This document shows, piece after piece, positions 48,059 to 56,587 of a DNA stretch of 64,000 nt. Numbering within the stretch: position 1 is the stretch's first letter; the number at the start of each line of letters is the position of its first letter. The translations under genes and the position numbers were made by a program. The stretch is taken from assembly GCA_002686365.1 (NCBI GenBank), contig NZBZ01000020.1, forward strand, positions 55,484 to 119,483, in the 5' to 3' direction. Under the pieces are notes generated by a model. It searched no databases. It saw only the letters and a program-made list of their open reading frames with translations, and had not been told where the DNA came from. Source of the DNA: a bacterium. Its GTDB lineage: Bacteria > Patescibacteriota > Minisyncoccia > UBA6257 > GWB1-50-10.

Positions 48059-49558
48059 TTATGAAGATTGAGTGTTTGAATGTGAAGAAGATAAGAAACG
48101 ACGGAATATACTTTGAAACTCTGTTATAACAGGATCGCGCAAAATATAAAGAAAAGCAAAGTAAAACAAGGCAGAAAGAAGAATAACCATTAAAACATGA
48201 AGTCCGGCAAAATAGTAGAGGACGTAGGCAAGTATACCCGGACCAAGAAGCGACGCAATAAAAATCCTCGGAAGGTAACGAAAAGTACGAAACGGCTGAA
48301 GGCGTTTTGCAACATACCAGAGGAAGCCTTGATTAATAAGAAGAGAGAAGAATGTTCCAATTGCTGATCCAGCAGCTCCATACGCTGGAATAAGGAAAAC
48401 ATTAAGTACAACATTCCCGAACGCGCCAACTCCTGCAGATGTAGCAATGATGCGCTGCTTATTATGAACAAATATAAAGTTGAGAATAATTCTGCTAGGA
48501 AAAAGCAAAAGGAGAGAAAAAAGAAGCAGTTGAAGAAAGAGAGAGGAGGAGGCAAAGCCCTGACCATATACAAAAATAAGAAGCGGCCTGGCAAGAACAA
48601 TGCCGCCAACAACAAGCGGGAGAGAAATAGAAAAAAGAAGAATTACAGAACGTTCCATAAGGCGCTCTACTCGATCAGAATCCCCGAGTTTTACAAGACG
48701 GGAGAGAAGGGGAAAGACGCTCACAGCAAGAATATCAGGAAGCACGATAAGCAGAAACACAATTCGCTGAGCCGCCGCATACAATCCGATTTCTTCAGCG
48801 CTTCGCCACCAGCCGAGCATTATCATATCAATATGAAACATAAAGCGGCCAAACACAGTGGTAAGAAACATGGCAGAGGTGGTAAGGAGTATCGGGCGAA
48901 TAAGGTCCTTTTGGAAACATCTAAAGATGCGCGCAAACCAGTTCTTCAAAAGCAGTGTACCAATAAGCGCCCCCACGCCTGCGCCAGCTGCATACGCCAT
49001 AATGAGTGATAAAGGATTTGGCGCAAGAAAGATCGCAAGAAAACCGAATCCAGTGATAGCGAGATTGGTAACGACTGCGGTAAGCGCCTCAAGCTCCATT
49101 CGTTCGGAAAAACGAAAAACCGCAAAGGCCAAACCGCGAAATCCGTCAAAAGCGATAAGGAAAGAGGCAAAGACAAACAGAAGACGAACGCCCACAATGT
49201 GAGAGAAGAGAGGGGCGACAAAAATAACAAGCGCAATCGTCAAAATAAGAAGAACAAGCTGAATAAAAAATGTGACAGAGAAAAACTCGTACCTGCTCTT
49301 TGGTGTTTGGGAGGCGTTCCGTAGAAACACAGAAGAAACTCCCGCGCTCGAAAACATAGTAAAGAAGCCGGCAAGTCCCAGCACATAAGAAAATACACCA
49401 TATCCCTCTGCGCCTAAAATCCGGGCAACATAGATAACAAAAAGCATCCGGATAAGGCGGCCAAAAATCTCTCCAAGGGTCAGCCATGCAACATTTTTCG
49501 CAATAGTTTGCTTTGGGCTCGTATTACGCAAAAAAAATTGTTTCAGCCGAGCAAGCAT
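48059..49558 (-). CDS. polysaccharide biosynthesis flippase (Wzx-like, MOP superfamily)
   Basis: 499 aa with 12-14 predicted TM helices; the N-terminal ...NVAWLTLGEIFGRLIRMLFVIYVARILGAEGYGVF is the typical PF01943 start. Confidence 0.8.
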   Translation of the reverse strand: MLARLKQFFLRNTSPKQTIAKNVAWLTLGEIFGRLIRMLFVIYVARILGAEGYGVFSYVLGLAGFFTMFSSAGVSSVFLRNASQTPKSRYEFFSVTFFIQLVLLILTIALVIFVAPLFSHIVGVRLLFVFASFLIAFDGFRGLAFAVFRFSERMELEALTAVVTNLAITGFGFLAIFLAPNPLSLIMAYAAGAGVGALIGTLLLKNWFARIFRCFQKDLIRPILLTTSAMFLTTVFGRFMFHIDMIMLGWWRSAEEIGLYAAAQRIVFLLIVLPDILAVSVFPLLSRLVKLGDSDRVERLMERSVILLFSISLPLVVGGIVLARPLLIFVYGQGFASSSLFLQLLLFSLLLLFPSRIILNFIFVHNKQRIIATSAGVGAFGNVVLNVFLIPAYGAAGSAIGTFFSLLINQGFLWYVAKRLQPFRTFRYLPRIFIASLLGPGILAYVLYYFAGLHVLMVILLSALFYFAFLYILRDPVITEFQSIFRRFLSSSHSNTQSS

Positions 49559-49560
49559 TT

Positions 49561-50868
49561 TTAAGAAGAAAAGAATACGTACTTAAGTGTCTTTATAATG
49601 ACAATAACATCTATAAAGAATGATCGATGCCGAAGGTAGTACAAGTCGTATGAAAGCTTCTCCCCAGCCTCTTTCAGAGAAGTGCTTGCTCGGTAATTAA
49701 TCTGCGCCCACCCAGTAAGTCCGGGCTTTATAAGATGCCTAAAGTCATAATAAGGAAGCTCTTTATATTTTTCAGCAAGCTCTGAACGCTCCGGTCTTGG
49801 GCCGGTAAAAGAAATATCTCCTCGAGCAATATTAAAAAGCTGAGGAAGCTCATCAAGATGAGTAAATCGTAAAATTTTGCCAACTGGAGTTATGCGCGGA
49901 TCTTTGTCTTCTGTCCAAAGAGGTCCGTCACTTTTATGGTGCATGGTTCGAAACTTGTACAAGTTGAACTTCTTGCTGCCCTTTCCAACCCGAGACTGAA
50001 CATAAACAGCGGGACCTCTGGAACTAATACTTACAAGCATCCAAATAAGAAGAATAATAGGAGAAAAAATTAGAATAAGAAAAACACTAAGTACAAAATC
50101 AGCAATTCGTTTTGCAAAATCATACAGCCGTCTTCGGGAAGAAAGAAGCTGCTGCGCCCACTCCTCATCAACGTCCTGAAGTGAAACCTTCTCAAATATA
50201 GATCCATAAAAATCCTGAAATGGAACAAAGGAAATCTTAGAAAGGGAAGGAAGCTTAAGAGAGGAAAGAAGAGAGGAGGTATGAGCAATTCCAGGCCCAA
50301 GCACAATAAGATCTATCTTCTTATTTTGCATTTTGCGAAAAGACGCAGAAGAGGGGTCTTGTATATGAGACTCTGCTCTATATCCAACTTGAGGATTTTT
50401 CTTAATATACAGGAGGAGCCTGGAAAGAGAGCCAGACTCTCCGAGAAAAACAACTCGGACCTGACCAAAAGAAAGAAGGCGAATTGAGAAAAGCCGCCAC
50501 ACATACAAGAGAACAAAAGAAATAATTCCAAAGAGAATTAGGTTTGTCTTAGGAGTAAGAGAGAAAAAAGGACCAAAGAGATAAAAGATAAGAATTGAAA
50601 GTCCAAAGCTGATTGACACTGCAAGAATAAGATTTCGAAGGAAGAGTTTTTTCATCCGAAGAGAACGAAGCTTATATAAATCATTCATAAGAAATACAAA
50701 AAGCCAAACAAGAAAGACAAGAGAAAACGGCACAATGTGAGATTGAATACGAAGGGAAAAAGAAGAAGGCTCGTAACGGATTATGAGCATCAAAAAAAGA
50801 GAGATGTAGAGGATAAAAACATCTCCAATCACAAGATCGAATCTATTTATATACTGCATAATAGTCAA
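49561..50868 (-). CDS. polyprenyl-phosphate sugar transferase (bacterial sugar transferase / WbaP-type initiating enzyme)
   Basis: C-terminal KRIADFVLSVFLILIFSPIILLIWMLVSISSRGPAVYVQSRVGKGSKKFNLYKFRTM...DELPQLFN is the PF02397 signature; N-terminal TM bundle. Confidence 0.88.
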   Translation of the reverse strand: MTIMQYINRFDLVIGDVFILYISLFLMLIIRYEPSSFSLRIQSHIVPFSLVFLVWLFVFLMNDLYKLRSLRMKKLFLRNLILAVSISFGLSILIFYLFGPFFSLTPKTNLILFGIISFVLLYVWRLFSIRLLSFGQVRVVFLGESGSLSRLLLYIKKNPQVGYRAESHIQDPSSASFRKMQNKKIDLIVLGPGIAHTSSLLSSLKLPSLSKISFVPFQDFYGSIFEKVSLQDVDEEWAQQLLSSRRRLYDFAKRIADFVLSVFLILIFSPIILLIWMLVSISSRGPAVYVQSRVGKGSKKFNLYKFRTMHHKSDGPLWTEDKDPRITPVGKILRFTHLDELPQLFNIARGDISFTGPRPERSELAEKYKELPYYDFRHLIKPGLTGWAQINYRASTSLKEAGEKLSYDLYYLRHRSFFIDVIVIIKTLKYVFFSS

Positions 50869-50942
50869 AAAATAATAGGATATTCATAATATCCTATAAT
50901 AAGGTTGACCTTTGTAGGTATATTACATAAGATAAAGATTAA

Positions 50943-51665
50943 ATGGAAGAACAGGCAAAAAAAGGGAAAAATATTCTTTTGCCAGCAAGCATCTTAATCG
51001 CGGGGGTACTTATTGCCGGATCTGTAATATACAGCACAGGGAAGGGCTCCATTGAAAAAGAAAAGCTCACGGGAACACTTTTGCAGGAACCATCGCCCGA
51101 AAACGTTAAAGATGTGAATAAAAAAGATCACATCCGGGGAAATCCAAATGCAAAAGTTGTAATCATTGAATTTTCAGATCTTGAATGTCCGTTCTGTCAG
51201 AGATTTCATGAGACAATGAAGCAGGCAGTAGATGAGTTCGGGGATGAGGTAGCATGGGTATTCCGACACCTTCCTCTAGAAATGCACTCAAAGGCAAAAA
51301 GAGAGGCAGAGGCAAGTGAGTGCGCAGCAGAACTCGGCGGGAATGACGCATTTTGGAAATACGTAGACAGAGTATTTGAAATCTCTCCGTTAAATAATGG
51401 ATTAGACCTTAATCTCCTGCCTCAAATTGCAGAAGATATCGGGCTGAATAAAGAAAAATTTGAGTCTTGTCTGGAAGGAGGAAAGCAGGCCGACAAGGTA
51501 GAGGAAGATATTGAAGACGCGGTTGCCTCGGGCGGACGCGGAACACCATACTCAGTTATCATCACGAAAAACGGCGAGAAATTCTCCATCCCGGGAGCAC
51601 TTCCGTTCGAAGATCCTGTGCGGCAGGATGTAAAGACGATTATTCAGGCTGCTCTAGAAAATTAA
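50943..51665 (+). CDS. DsbA-like thioredoxin-fold thiol:disulfide oxidoreductase with N-terminal TM anchor
   Basis: FSDLECPFCQRFHE contains the CPFC active site. Confidence 0.7.
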   Translation: MEEQAKKGKNILLPASILIAGVLIAGSVIYSTGKGSIEKEKLTGTLLQEPSPENVKDVNKKDHIRGNPNAKVVIIEFSDLECPFCQRFHETMKQAVDEFGDEVAWVFRHLPLEMHSKAKREAEASECAAELGGNDAFWKYVDRVFEISPLNNGLDLNLLPQIAEDIGLNKEKFESCLEGGKQADKVEEDIEDAVASGGRGTPYSVIITKNGEKFSIPGALPFEDPVRQDVKTIIQAALEN

Positions 51666-51680
51666 TTTTTATCTGCTAAT

Positions 51681-51845
51681 GTGAAGTGGCACCATTGGAC
51701 AATACTTGGGCTGGGGATTTGGCTCGTTGCCTCCCCTTGGATTTTAGGATTTGCAAAAGTAAACCTTGCAATGTGGAACGTGGTCGTGGTAGGAGTAATT
51801 ATAGGATTGCTCGCACTATGGAACATGATTCCGCCTGAAGAATAA
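51681..51845 (+). CDS. SPW-repeat small membrane protein
   Basis: 54-aa GTG-started ORF VKWHHWTILGLGIWLVASPWILGF...; an SPW motif between two hydrophobic helices. Confidence 0.45.
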   Translation: MKWHHWTILGLGIWLVASPWILGFAKVNLAMWNVVVVGVIIGLLALWNMIPPEE

Positions 51846-51849
51846 AAGC

Positions 51850-52134
51850 ATGGATACAAAAATCTACACAGCCCCGCACTGCACGCACTGCAAAAGAGCA
51901 AGGAAATTTCTAGACATGAATAAAATTCAGTTTACAGAAGTAAATGTCATGGAAGACGAAAAGGGCTACAGAGAAATGGTAGAAAAAACGCATCAATCAG
52001 GAGTACCTGTGCTAGAATTAAAAAATGATATACATGTAGGGTTTAATCAGGAAATATTTGCAGAAGTATTAGGAATAAAAAAAAGAAGTTTATTAAGCCG
52101 ATTAAAAGGTCGACTAAAGCCAAAAGAAATATAG
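51850..52134 (+). CDS. glutaredoxin-like protein (NrdH/YruB-type)
   Basis: [17 protein letters not shown] gives a CxxC motif in a thioredoxin fold; 94 aa. Confidence 0.7.
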   Translation: MDTKIYTAPHCTHCKRARKFLDMNKIQFTEVNVMEDEKGYREMVEKTHQSGVPVLELKNDIHVGFNQEIFAEVLGIKKRSLLSRLKGRLKPKEI

Positions 52135-52140
52135 AAACAT

Positions 52141-52383
52141 ATGGACGATCAACCAACACCTACACCAGGAGGCGACGAAGGAGCACCTACACCAGGTGCA
52201 CCTATGCCGGGAGCACCAGGAGCACCTACACCAGGAGCACCTACACCAGGAGCACCTGAAGCACCAGGAGCACCAGGCGCACCTATGCCAGGAGCACCTG
52301 AAGCACCAGGAGCACCAACTCCTCCTGCAGAAGAAGGAGGAGCACCAGGAGGCGACCAGTCGACTCCCGGAGCCCCTGCGTAA
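52141..52383 (+). CDS. Pro/Gly/Ala-rich low-complexity ORF built from 9/18-nt tandem repeats
   Basis: (GAPxP)n peptide; the DNA is GGAGCACCWRNNCCA-type tandem repeats; a terminator follows directly. Confidence 0.35.
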   Translation: MDDQPTPTPGGDEGAPTPGAPMPGAPGAPTPGAPTPGAPEAPGAPGAPMPGAPEAPGAPTPPAEEGGAPGGDQSTPGAPA

Positions 52384-52406
52384 GTCAGAAATCGAAATTA
52401 AAAAAA

Positions 52407-52440
52407 GAGACCTTGCTAAGGCAACGGTCTCTTTTTTGTT
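52407..52440 (+). terminator. rho-independent terminator
   Basis: AGAGACC-ttgctaaggcaac-GGTCTCT then TTTTTGTT. Confidence 0.7.
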
Positions 52441-52477
52441 GCAAGAGATGAGATTATCAGGGTAGAATAGGAAGGCT

Positions 52478-53404
52478 ATGGAATACGATCTTATTATATT
52501 AGGAGGCGGCCCAGCCGGAGCAGCAGCAGCAGTATATGCAGGAAGAAAAAAACTTAAGACTCTTCTCATCACAGACTCATTCGGAGGCCAGTCTATTGTC
52601 TCGGATGATATCCACAACTGGATAGGAGATAAAAATATCTCGGGTTTTGATTTAGCTAAGAAGCTTGAGGAGCATGTAAAAACGCAAAAAGAGGATGTAG
52701 AAATTCAAACAGGCCTAGCAGAAAAGATAGAGAAAAAAGATAAGACATTTACAGTAACAACGAAAAAAGGAGATTCTTACAAAGCAAAAGCAATATTCCT
52801 TGCTATTGGAAGCAGAAGAAGAAAGCTGGAAATATTGGGAGAGAAAGAGTTTGAAGGAAAGGGAGTTTTTTACTGTTCAACTTGTGATGCGCCGCTTATG
52901 AAAGGAATGGATGCCGCAGTAGTAGGCGGAGGAAATTCAGCGCTCGAAGGAGTTGTGGACCTAATGTCATACGCAAAGAAAATATATCTTATTCACAGAA
53001 GAGATGAGTTTCGCGGAGATCCAGTAACGCAGGAGGCTGTAGAGAAAAGCGAAAAAGTAGAAAAGATTTTAAACTCAAGCGTGGTAGAAATAAAGGGAGA
53101 TAAAATGGTAACAAGTATAGTCTACGAAAATTTAGAAACAAAAGAAAAAAAGGAATTAAAACTAAATGGCGTCTTTGTTGAAATCGGAGCAATCCCAAAT
53201 AGCGACATTGTTAAAAATCTTGTAGAAACAAACGAGCGTGGAGAGGTGGTTGTGGATCACAAAACGCAAAGGACTTCAGTGTTAGGAATATGGGCAGCAG
53301 GGGATGTTACAGACGTGATGTATAAACAGAATAATATTTCTGCAGGAGATGGAGTAAAGGCAATATTAAATATCAATGATTACTTATGTAAAGAGTGTGA
53401 GTAG
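52478..53404 (+). CDS. trxB: thioredoxin-disulfide reductase
   Basis: [20 protein letters not shown] (FAD motif) and CSTCDAPL (redox CxxC). Confidence 0.85.
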   Translation: MEYDLIILGGGPAGAAAAVYAGRKKLKTLLITDSFGGQSIVSDDIHNWIGDKNISGFDLAKKLEEHVKTQKEDVEIQTGLAEKIEKKDKTFTVTTKKGDSYKAKAIFLAIGSRRRKLEILGEKEFEGKGVFYCSTCDAPLMKGMDAAVVGGGNSALEGVVDLMSYAKKIYLIHRRDEFRGDPVTQEAVEKSEKVEKILNSSVVEIKGDKMVTSIVYENLETKEKKELKLNGVFVEIGAIPNSDIVKNLVETNERGEVVVDHKTQRTSVLGIWAAGDVTDVMYKQNNISAGDGVKAILNINDYLCKECE

Positions 53405-53413
53405 TAAAAGAGT

Positions 53414-53647
53414 ATGGAGGATATGTTATTCAAGGGTATTGGGGTAATAGGGCTTGTACTGATTACTATAGGGATAATAGTGGGAAGACGGAAAACACAG
53501 AGCTTTCTTTTTATTATAGGAGGTCTTTGTTTAGGAGCTTACAGTATTTATATAAGAGATGTCATATTCATAATCCTACAGATAGTATTTACTCTCGTAG
53601 CTATTTATGAATTTATAAAACTTCAGTTTGGGGCGCATAAAAAATAA
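53414..53647 (+). CDS. hypothetical small membrane protein
   Basis: 77 aa with two hydrophobic helices. Confidence 0.35.
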   Translation: MEDMLFKGIGVIGLVLITIGIIVGRRKTQSFLFIIGGLCLGAYSIYIRDVIFIILQIVFTLVAIYEFIKLQFGAHKK

Positions 53648-53649
53648 AA

Positions 53650-53672
53650 TGAGCCAGCGGCCGGATTTGAAC
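53650..53672 (-). other. tRNA 3' fragment (T-loop + T-stem 3' strand + acceptor 3' strand CGCTGGC + discriminator)
   Basis: Minus strand TTCAAATCCGGCCGCTGGCTCA; the acceptor strand is exactly complementary to the GCCAGCG 5' fragment at 53836-53855. Confidence 0.5.
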
Positions 53673-53684
53673 ATTTATTACTTG

Positions 53685-53757
53685 AGCCACCTCCCGGATT
53701 TGAACCGGGGACCTTCACTTTACGAAAGTGCTGCTCTACCAACTGAGCTAAGGTGGC
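53685..53757 (-). tRNA. tRNA-Arg (anticodon ACG)
   Basis: GCCACCTTAGCTCAGTTGGTAGAGCAGCACTTTCGTAAAGTGAAGGTCCCCGGTTCAAATCCGGGAGGTGGCT folds as a cloverleaf with 7-bp acceptor, D and T arms and anticodon loop TTCGTAA; CCA is not encoded. Confidence 0.85.
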
Positions 53758-53835
53758 ATTGCTCTTCCGGGGCGAGCCCCGATATACTAAAATCACTGTA
53801 GCTCGCCCGTTGAAAGCAAAATCGTTTGCTTTCAA

Positions 53836-53855
53836 CCCAACTGAGCTACGCTGGC
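53836..53855 (-). other. tRNA 5' fragment (acceptor 5' strand GCCAGCG + D-arm start TAGCTCAGTTGGG)
   Basis: Minus strand GCCAGCGTAGCTCAGTTGGG, then a perfect 11-bp hairpin instead of the rest of the D-arm. It is preceded by a leader homologous to the tRNA-Arg leader (GGCTCRCCCYGGAAGAGCARTGCC). Confidence 0.5.
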
Positions 53856-53929
53856 ACTGCTCTTCCAGGGTGAGCCTCGAAAGTAACACCTCCATACTAA
53901 TCAAGAAAACATAATAGGTAAAGCATATT

Positions 53930-54625
53930 ATGCCTTCATACAATTCAAATATCGCATATATAACAATATCCGCAGGAGCAGGAGGAGACGATGCTAAGGA
54001 TTGGGCAAAGATGCTTTTTCGTATGTATCAGAAATATGCAGATAAGAAAAATTGGAAGAAGCGCCTTATTAATGAAAATACTGTAGAGATAAAAGGCGAG
54101 AACGCATATAAACGTCTAAAAGACGAGTCAGGCGTTCATCGTCTTGTGCGCATCTCTCCATTTGACTCAAAGCGCTTGCGCCACACCTCGTTTGCCCTCG
54201 TAGAAGTACTTCCGGAAGTCGAAGGCATAGAAGCAGGTATTCCACAGGAAGATCTAAAGGTAGAATTTTTCCGCTCGAGCGCTCCAGGAGGACAGAACGT
54301 AAATAAGGTAGAAACCGCAGTAAGAGCAATACATCTTCCCACGGGATTGAAAGCAGGCGCGCAAACAGAACGTTCTCAATCAGCAAACAGAGAACGCGCA
54401 GTAAAACTCTTAAAAGCAAAGCTCGCAAAGCTTCTCGAAGAACGTAAGGAAAAAGAAATCAGCAATCTTAGAGTAAAGGTGGAGCCGGATTGGGGGCATG
54501 AGATTCGTTCATACGTTTTACATCCGTACAAGATGGTAAAAGATCACGAGACAAAAAAGAAAAGCGGAAAGGTGGAGGAATTTTTGGGTGGAGATATTGA
54601 CATTTTGTTCAAAAAGAAAAAGTAA
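53930..54625 (+). CDS. peptide chain release factor 2-like protein lacking domain 1
   Basis: ISAGAGGDDAKDWAKMLFRMY..., HRLVRISPFDSKRLRHTSF (SPF motif, RF2-type) and GGQNVNK; 231 aa against about 365 for full RF2. A stop codon lies 4 codons upstream in frame and tRNA genes occupy the upstream DNA. Confidence 0.8.
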   Translation: MPSYNSNIAYITISAGAGGDDAKDWAKMLFRMYQKYADKKNWKKRLINENTVEIKGENAYKRLKDESGVHRLVRISPFDSKRLRHTSFALVEVLPEVEGIEAGIPQEDLKVEFFRSSAPGGQNVNKVETAVRAIHLPTGLKAGAQTERSQSANRERAVKLLKAKLAKLLEERKEKEISNLRVKVEPDWGHEIRSYVLHPYKMVKDHETKKKSGKVEEFLGGDIDILFKKKK

Positions 54626-54853
54626 TTTTCTTTTTGAGCACAAAATGTACAACCCCCCATTTTTATTCATTAACAAAATCACAAGCGTATCCACACGTAG
54701 AATGTAATAGAGATATAAACAAACTGTATAATAAGGAATGAAAAAAAGGGGGGTGCTGAATGTTCCGGTTAATCGTTTCGTTCTTGAGGAACATTCGCAT
54801 ATTGAAGAAGAAATAAAGAAGAGTACAATAAATATCAACGAATAAAAATAGTC

Positions 54854-55516
54854 ATGATTTCATTTCAGAAAGTTACCAAAACCTACAATCACAAACTTCA
54901 CGCTCTAGAAAAGGCAAGTTTTAAAATACAACCAAACGAGTTTGTCATGCTCGTAGGAAAGTCAGGAGCAGGAAAGTCCACCATACTTAAACTCTTAATC
55001 GGAGAAGAAAAGCCAACCTCAGGAAAAATCCTTTTCAACTCTCTTGAGGTAAATAAGCTGAAACCCGGAGACATGCCCGACTTGCGCCGTCAGATAGGAG
55101 TCATCTTTCAGGATTTTCGGCTTTTGGAGCAGAAAACAGCGCAGGAAAACGTCGCATTTGCGCTAGAAGTTGAAGGAAGGCCGCAAAGAGAAATAGAGGA
55201 GCTAGTTCCTCAGGTGCTCGATATGGTGGGAATAAAAGACAAGGCAAATAACTTTCCAAGAGAACTTTCAGGAGGAGAGAAGCAGAGAGTCGCAATTGCG
55301 CGAGCAATGATTAATCGTCCAAAAGTTCTTATTGCTGATGAGCCAACAGGAAATCTTGACCACCATAACTCAAGTGAGGTAATCAAGCTTCTTATAAAAA
55401 TTAATGAACTTGGAAGTACAGTAATACTTGCAACACACGACAAGGACGTTGTTGATACTCTTGATCAGAGAAGAATCACTCTTGATAAGGGAAGAATTAT
55501 AAAAGACGAAGCGTAA
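54854..55516 (+). CDS. ftsE: cell-division ABC ATPase FtsE
   Basis: LVGKSGAGKST Walker A, LSGGEKQRVAIARA signature, 220 aa. Confidence 0.9.
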   Translation: MISFQKVTKTYNHKLHALEKASFKIQPNEFVMLVGKSGAGKSTILKLLIGEEKPTSGKILFNSLEVNKLKPGDMPDLRRQIGVIFQDFRLLEQKTAQENVAFALEVEGRPQREIEELVPQVLDMVGIKDKANNFPRELSGGEKQRVAIARAMINRPKVLIADEPTGNLDHHNSSEVIKLLIKINELGSTVILATHDKDVVDTLDQRRITLDKGRIIKDEA

Positions 55517-55520
55517 AAAT

Positions 55521-56429
55521 ATGTTCGTATCACTATCTCGCATAATCAAATACGGTGTTCAGAGTTTCTTGAGGAATGGATGGCTTTCAGTGTCTACAAT
55601 AAGCATCATGATTCTTACCTTAATGGTTTTCGAGGGTCTTATAATATTTAACTTCGTAGGAAGACAGTCTATTGAATCAATAAAAGAAAAGGTAGACATT
55701 AGTGTCTATTTCAAAAGCAATGTTCCTGAGGACTCCATATTAAGTGTGAAGCGTTCTCTGGAAAGTCTGGAAGAGGTGAAGGGAGTAAACTATATCTCCC
55801 GCGAGGATGCGCTAGAGGAGTTCAAGAAGCGGCACGCAGATGATGAAACGATTGTGCAGACTCTAGACGAGTTAGATGACAACCCGCTTCTTGCCTCTTT
55901 AGATATCAAAGCAGAAGAGCTTAGTCAGTATGAAACAATTGCCTCATATCTTGAAACTCCATCTCTCCAAGATATTATTGAAAAGGTAACCTTTACACAA
56001 AATAAATTAGTCATCGAGCGGCTTTCCTCTCTTGTGCGGACATTTAACAGAGGAATGGTGCTGTTAACAATATTCCTCGGCATTCTAGCCATTGTAGTAA
56101 CATTTAACACAGTTCGTCTCGCCATCTTTTCAAATAGAGAGCAGATTGGCATCATGCGTCTCGTGGGCGCGTCAAACAATTTTATCAAGGGGCCATTCTT
56201 TGTAGAGGGAATTATCTACGGAATCACCTCTGCAATTGTAAGTTTCCTTATACTTATTCCAATTATTATTATTACTTCTCCTTATATCACGAGATTCGTA
56301 CACGAAATAAATCTAACCTCCTATCTTACAGACAACTTAGGTAAGCTTATATTTTATCAACTCGCCGCTGCTCTCATACTTTCAATCCTTTCAAGCGCAT
56401 TCGCAATCAGAAGATATTTGAGGAAGTAG
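55521..56429 (+). CDS. ftsX: cell-division permease-like protein FtsX
   Basis: 4-TM topology with a large periplasmic loop, 302 aa, directly after ftsE. Confidence 0.85.
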   Translation: MFVSLSRIIKYGVQSFLRNGWLSVSTISIMILTLMVFEGLIIFNFVGRQSIESIKEKVDISVYFKSNVPEDSILSVKRSLESLEEVKGVNYISREDALEEFKKRHADDETIVQTLDELDDNPLLASLDIKAEELSQYETIASYLETPSLQDIIEKVTFTQNKLVIERLSSLVRTFNRGMVLLTIFLGILAIVVTFNTVRLAIFSNREQIGIMRLVGASNNFIKGPFFVEGIIYGITSAIVSFLILIPIIIITSPYITRFVHEINLTSYLTDNLGKLIFYQLAAALILSILSSAFAIRRYLRK

Positions 56430-56436
56430 AAAATAA

Positions 56437-56466
56437 AAACCCCCGCTAATAGGCGGGGGTTTTTAG
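56437..56466. terminator. bidirectional rho-independent terminator
   Basis: AAAAACCCCCGC-taata-GGCGGGGGTTTTTA. Confidence 0.75.
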
Positions 56467-56468
56467 TG

Positions 56469-56539
56469 CTGCCAGGCTAGGATTCGAACCTAGGTACCAT
56501 GCTCCAGAGGCATGTGTCCTACCACTAGACGACCTGGCA
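56469..56539 (-). tRNA. tRNA-Gln (anticodon CTG)
   Basis: TGCCAGGTCGTCTAGTGGTAGGACACATGCCTCTGGAGCATGGTACCTAGGTTCGAATCCTAGCCTGGCA; U1:A72 pair typical of tRNA-Gln; anticodon loop CTCTGGA. Confidence 0.85.
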
Positions 56540-56587
56540 ATTTTCGTATCTTTTACAATACTTGTTTTCGTAGTTTTTTCAATTCTA

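Noticed and set aside
48464-49009. 181-aa K/R-rich plus-strand ORF (and 48858-49202, 48946-49236)
   Set aside because: These are antisense to the Wzx flippase gene, and their low-complexity basic sequence is the mirror of the flippase's hydrophobic codons; they are not credited as genes.
53900-53932. Programmed +1 frameshift supplying an RF2 N-terminus
   Set aside because: An in-frame TAG lies 4 codons upstream of the ATG, and the upstream DNA is occupied by tRNA genes with no alternative-frame ORF, so the truncation appears genuine at the DNA level.
53623-53943. 106-aa minus-strand ORF in the track
   Set aside because: It is translated straight through the tRNA-Arg gene, the tRNA-like fragments and their GC-rich leaders; it is a spurious ORF created by GC-rich RNA genes.
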